A program made the position numbers and the translations under genes. From Bigelowiella natans CCMP2755 (lineage: Eukaryota > Protista > Cercozoa), in contig ADNK01003092.1 in the NCBI GenBank assembly GCA_000320545.1, positions 1 through 40,742 on the forward strand: a stretch of DNA of 40,742 bases. The letters run 5' to 3'. Below, piece by piece: positions 35,683 through 40,742 of the stretch; positions within the stretch are counted from its first letter, which is position 1, and each line of letters begins with the position of its first letter. Below the pieces are notes generated by a model. It was not told the origin of the DNA. It searched no databases and saw nothing but the letters and a program-made list of their open reading frames with translations.

Positions 35683-35965
35683 CGGACCGGATAAGGAGTC
35701 ATCATCAGAGAAATGTATAATTACCATAAAATTATGAGTACGACCTGCCTACTACTACTACTACCGCTGCTGCTGCTGCTGCTGCTGCTTGAATCGATGT
35801 TGTTTTTGTTTGTTGTTTGTTACAATTTATATGAGCTGCTAACTACTAATAATAAGATAATACGTAATGCCACTACCACCACCAGGTAAAACTAAAACAG
35901 GATGGCTGATTGAGGTTGAAAACGAAGATAGAATCGACCCCTTAATACCTGGCTTCTTCGCGGTA
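32750..35965 (+). CDS. Hypothetical multi-exon protein (ends uncertain)
   Basis: At least six phase-consistent exons: VYADRNFIGR|FHEVGPIRKLWQDT|ILVESPIKWCYNIIPNLLFGRQYWRLYDKR|GKLKMYGSPENYLSAMMR|GDIRGDVLWSPY|ADNTEYLSRMTNTAQM. Later exons read GLQKWHITRNDNAK...RNVA|GKTKTGWLIEVENEDRIDPLIPGFFA. Family not recognised. Confidence 0.6.
33938..34045 (+). repeat. Diverged ~60-bp direct duplication
   Basis: CGGAAATAAACGATATAT...CTCGTT(G/C)ATCT occurs twice. Confidence 0.75.
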
Positions 35966-36505
35966 CTACTAATACTACTACTAGTAGTAGTAGCAGTCGT
36001 AGTAAAATAACTGGGTAGTATAGTACTACTTTCTACAAATTACACATTTGTTTGAGAAGCAACATCCATTAACACAAACAAACACACACACACATACACA
36101 TACACATACTCATAGACACAATAAACAGTATATTTGTACATGGGAATATGAATAAAATCAACATCTTAATCAATTAAAATTACACGTGAAATTTTAAGGG
36201 TTAGTTCAAAGATTTCTTCGATATCTTTTTCCCGCTTTCATCTTTCGTTTCTATTTTGATTTTCTATTTTGATTAAATTGTAGCAATATGTTGTTTATTA
36301 TTGTATAAAATGAAAAAGGCCTACAATAAGATGGAAAGCACTACAACAACGTGATAAATATAACTATAATAATAACAATAGCAATTTAGAAATTCATTTT
36401 GCTACCACGTGATAAAAATAATATTCACAATATATATATAACAATATATATTAATTGATTATAGAATTCGTGGAGTATCTGCATAAATTTGCACATTTCA
36501 CACAC

Positions 36506-36544
<39 letters not shown>

Positions 36545-36770
36545 AAAAAAGATATCACGAGATACAGAATTACTGTTTGTATTTCTGATTTAGAAGATAT
36601 AAATAAGCTCCATTTGGTGCGTGTATCATGACCATCACTATTATGCACAAGCATGCTGAATTTGGATTTATAGCACTCTTTGTTTGTTTGCTGCAGTTTG
36701 GACGTATTAGGCTGGTTGTTGAAGTTCATTCTTACCATAGGTGGTCATTCTCTTGTCTTTCCATCCTATC

Positions 36771-36802
<32 letters not shown>

Positions 36803-36864
36803 TATAGTAGTATATCGAGAATAGATCAAGGAATAATAAACTCAGCTCAAGGCATCAATTAGCA

Positions 36865-36898
<34 letters not shown>

Positions 36899-36989
36899 TA
36901 GAATAACATTGGAAGATAATTTGTTGAAATAGTAGTGAAGGAATGAGGCGAAGCTAGTGGAACTAGTGCCTTCTAACGCAATTAATTTG

Positions 36990-38639
36990 TTTGATGTTAC
37001 ACCTTTGTCTATGATTCTGGGGGCTCGTTGCACCACAAATTGGTGGTCTGGTCTGGTCTTTCATCGGGGCAGCTCCCTTGGTGTACTTAGTGTGGCACAA
37101 TCTAGATGATGTCTGAAACCACCTGTGTGCCTTGAAAATGCTCGATCTTACACTATGCCACGCTGTCTCTATATGTCGCTGTGTGAGTCTAAAAATGATT
37201 TCACGCCAATGGCGTACTTTCTTGGTTCTTGGGAAGGGAAAAACATCAGTTCGAGCAGAAATGTGCCGAGTGCAAACCCATTGCAGATGCACAGTCCACA
37301 TGCATCCCCATCGCATGCAGCACGCAATGGCACTTGCGCTGACGTTCAGCTGAAAAGACATCACAAAGTGTGAACATCGATCCAAAAAAAAGATGAACGT
37401 GACAAACGTCACTGCGCAAAAAAGCACGTGTGTCCAGCCACACACACGTAGTCTGGAAGCTCCGCCAGTGCTAGCTGGTGTCCTGCATGTCAACATGGCA
37501 TCTCTCAATCGCGTGATTTGTGTTGTGTTCGCAATTTGTGAGGTCCAGAGGTGCTGATTGCGCTGTTGCATCCATGGATCACAGCATTGTCATCGATCTG
37601 TCTAGCTGTGCTAGCTAGCTAGCCGGTCTCGCGCTGTGCGATCCGCCGATCCCATGACTGGCTAGCTGGGGGTCTTTTGCAGGCAGCGATCGGCGCGAGA
37701 ACAAGAGAACGAGGGAACATGGCTGGATCAAGTTTCTTCTCCCCAATCATTTTGATTCACAATTCGATTTCCATGCTGACATGCTGGCATGCACAGCACG
37801 CTGAAGCCAAACGTTTTTGCAAACGTGTTCATTTCAATGCTCTGTTGCGCTGTTCACACGAGTGGAAGCAACGATTTGCGCTCAACAAGTGCCATGCTGG
37901 CATGCACTCGACCACTCGCGGGCCATCGTGCAGACTGGCAGGTGCAGCCTTCAGGAAGTTCCCACTTGGAATGGATGCTTTGCGTCGTCGCCGTGCTGAG
38001 CACGTTGCCACTGGCTGCACTGCTTCACAAGCTCCAGCAATGGCTGGAGTGCCAACTTTCAAACCCTGCTGCTGGGCTGGTTTCACCATCAGTCAGTCCT
38101 CACTGAACCAGTGAAGCCAGTTCGAGGCACTCTGCTAGTCTGGCACTGCACTTCGCACCAGCCCAGCAGCGCACATCGCAAGCGCATTGCAACACTTTGG
38201 AAGTGCAGTTCATCGTCACGTTCATTGCTTGTGCTGTTCACTCGAACGGGACAGTGAACTTCACAAGTTTGAATCAAAACTCGTTCGTGTCACAGAGACC
38301 TCCTTCCAGTCCAGCAGTCCCACCTCACCCCTACTGGCCTGACAGCGGCACTGCTGTGCCTCCACGCCGTGCTTCAGGCCGGTCTAGCAGTCCAAAGTGT
38401 TGCAAAAGCCATCTCGTGAGCATCTTTCTCAACGTTCCCCGATTGTTCAGTGTTGAACGTTGAACAAAGCATTGATGCAAATCTGCGCAAGCGTGTGCAC
38501 GCAGGCTAGCAGGACAGCGCCTCAACAAAAATCATTGCGGGACTTGTCAGCACCCTCTGGACCCTGTTGGTGCTGAACAGTGGGGAGGGACGACAAAAGC
38601 AGAATCCTTTCTTCTGACAAAACAACAACACTGAACACC

Positions 38640-38671
<32 letters not shown>

Positions 38672-38760
38672 CAACAACATTGCACTTCCAACAATCTCAA
38701 ATTTTGTCAGTCTCAAAGTCTAGACATGGAAATTGTTCCCAAAATTTACGAACAATGTCC
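36990..38760. other. TpA-depleted block D (probable decayed repeat, element or gene copy)
   Basis: In 37220-38740 there are only 12 TA by eye, 10 of them in CTAG. A (CTAG)3 run lies at 37611-37622. Confidence 0.9.
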
Positions 38761-38825
38761 GTCATGAGAAAGAACAAACATCACAACCATGACATAGATT
38801 CCTAGGTGTTCATCAGTCCATCGAA

Positions 38826-39047
38826 ATGATATGCGACTAGAATAATGACTACTGGGAACAACTGGCACAACAACTACAACAAACACAGTCATAACCCTAT
38901 GATATGCGACTAGAATAATGACTACTGGGAACAACTGGCACAACAACTACAACAAACACAGTCATAACCCTATGATATGCGACTAGAATAATGACTACTG
39001 GGAACAACTGGCACAACAACTACAACAAACACAGTCATAATAACCCT
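38826..39047 (+). repeat. 73-bp tandem repeat, 3 essentially identical copies
   Basis: ATGATATGCGACTAGAATAATGACTACTGGGAACAACTGGCACAACAACTACAACAAACACAGTCATAACCCT starts at 38826, 38899 and 38972. Confidence 0.95.
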
Positions 39048-39143
39048 CCTCCTCATGAAGCTACTTGTAGAAGAAGGAGAGTAGGAAGAAAGGAACACCA
39101 CTCGGCCCACTACTACTCCTCTACCCCACTACTACTACTACTA

Positions 39144-39186
<43 letters not shown>

Positions 39187-39338
39187 GACTCTGTTTGGCC
39201 CTGAGTAACATACCTGCTATCTTCTTCCGTACGACTGGTACACCTCCTAGGAGACTATACTGTATGATGCGCGAATTACTTACCCGGGCGGCGAGCAGTT
39301 TGCCAGCCGCAATGCATATAGTGTTCACAATGAATTCG

Positions 39339-39380
<42 letters not shown>

Positions 39381-39413
39381 ACACGTAGCGTTATAGAGGT
39401 ATTTATCTAATAG

Positions 39414-39481
39414 TTGTGCAAAGAATACGATGCCTTCTCGTCAAAATAACAAGAAACGTGAAAGAGGATCCACAGGTGCTG

Positions 39482-39527
<46 letters not shown>

Positions 39528-39528
39528 G

Positions 39529-39560
<32 letters not shown>

Positions 39561-39579
39561 GCTACTACTGCTACTACTG

Positions 39580-39612
<33 letters not shown>

Positions 39613-40130
39613 TAAGCAAGGCAGACGATTAGGAACGATGAAATAACGTATTTTTGATTAAAATATAACTGGAAGCTTCTTTAATGTGAAAGGCCCAGTC
39701 ACTAGGAGGAACAATAATACGAACAAAAAGGCAAGAAAGGTCGGCGGCAAGCTCTCTCCCAATAGCATGATAGATCAAGATCAAACTTGTGCCGCTATTG
39801 TAACTTTCCGAAATGATAGAGAAAACAGCTATGATGTTGTCAATATTACCACCTACTGCTTAGGGAAAGAAGAAGAATAAGAAGGCCCAGCAGCGGCCTC
39901 CCTCCCCTCCTCAGGGTAGCATATTTGCTCGATCAGGAGAGAAGTTGGATGTCAAGGGTGCTAAATTATTGGAACAGCTTAGGTAGTAGTAGTAGTAGTA
40001 ACCAACTACTACCGACAGAATAACGTATCGCTGCTGCTGTTGTATCACCACATCAACTGATGGTAATTTATTGATGTTACTCTTCGGAATACATCTACTA
40101 TTGTTATTGCTACTTCTTCCACTACGGCAG

Positions 40131-40163
<33 letters not shown>

Positions 40164-40742
40164 ATGTTATTATTCCTTCTCCTCATCCTCTTCCTCCTCC
40201 TCCTCCTCCTCCCTTGCCTATACTCCATACTAATTCATGGTAATACTAGACTCGAGAGAGCGAAAGAAGCAGAATTGGCACAAAGATACCCCCCCCCTAT
40301 TGTAGCGGCAGACGAAGCAGCAGCAGCAGGTTTGTAGTATCAAGAAGATATTCAGAATTATCTTCAAGTTAATTCTCTCTGCTGGTGGTGGTTTTAACAC
40401 TTGAACTATTCTTGTGTAGAAGATAACGATGAGAAGAATAATGACGAGGAAGTGGTAAACGACCCTGCATTTGTTCTTTTCTGGCAATCTCTTCTTCAGC
40501 ATCATCTTCTTATTCTTTCCCCTCCTTCGTCGCTGTGTGTGCAATCAGTCATATTATCGTGATTTTGATGACGACGAGAGTAACCTCGAACGAATGAATT
40601 ATATGTTGTTATTATTGATAGGATGAAGACTTTAGTGTGTTTGATCGTATTGCTGCTGCTGGTGGGTCTAGTAATAACAATGGAGGGGAACAACAAGAAG
40701 AAATGTTGATGCTGCTTACAACGATGAGGAGAGAGGAGAGGA
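39414..40742 (+). CDS. Partial hypothetical multi-exon protein running off the window
   Basis: Phase-consistent exons GSIFARSGEKLDVKGAKLLEQLR|LERAKEAELAQRYPPPIVAADEAAAA|EDNDEKNNDEEV|...|DEDFSVFDRIAAAGG. The start was not located. Confidence 0.5.
39482..39610 (+). repeat. (TAC)n microsatellite with TGC interruptions (representative of dozens of TA, CA, GA, TAC, CAT and CAG microsatellites in introns)
   Basis: Direct reading. Confidence 0.95.

Noticed and set aside
37740-38400. Virophage or Polinton capsid remnant in block D (KSLLPLV...IEM motif on the minus strand)
   Set aside because: The similarity is too short, the frame has several TGA stops, and the original coding strand cannot be determined by eye.
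1-40742. tRNA/rRNA genes and intact transposons
   Set aside because: No cloverleaf, rRNA-like sequence, transposase, reverse transcriptase, TIR or LTR pair was recognised by eye.

Overview
Left end of a eukaryotic chromosome: a (CCCTAA)n telomere, a degenerate subtelomere, then intron-dense genes with many microsatellites. A green-lineage STN7/STT7-type kinase and an FNR-like oxidoreductase both appear to have signal-plus-transit presequences. With TTAGGG telomeres, this suggests an alga with a secondary green plastid, probably a chlorarachniophyte (inference). Other genes assembled by hand from GT-AG exons are a small Cys-rich protein, a pseudokinase-SEL1-repeat protein, a small secreted coiled-coil protein and two to four hypothetical genes. 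Two unusual signals stand out. (1) Four intergenic or subtelomeric blocks have lost TpA (three almost entirely, one partially), with survivors mainly in CTAG. The telomere-derived repeats and small duplications indicate TA->TG/CA hypermutation, the reverse direction of fungal RIP. (2) Inside the SEL1 gene, a near-identical 231-bp host duplication is interleaved with AT-rich foreign DNA: a giant-virus-like D6/D11 (VETF-S) helicase fragment inserted in frame, an inverted glutaredoxin fragment, and an unknown open AT-rich fragment. The host reading frame apparently survives. All counts and gene models were made by eye and no database searches were run.
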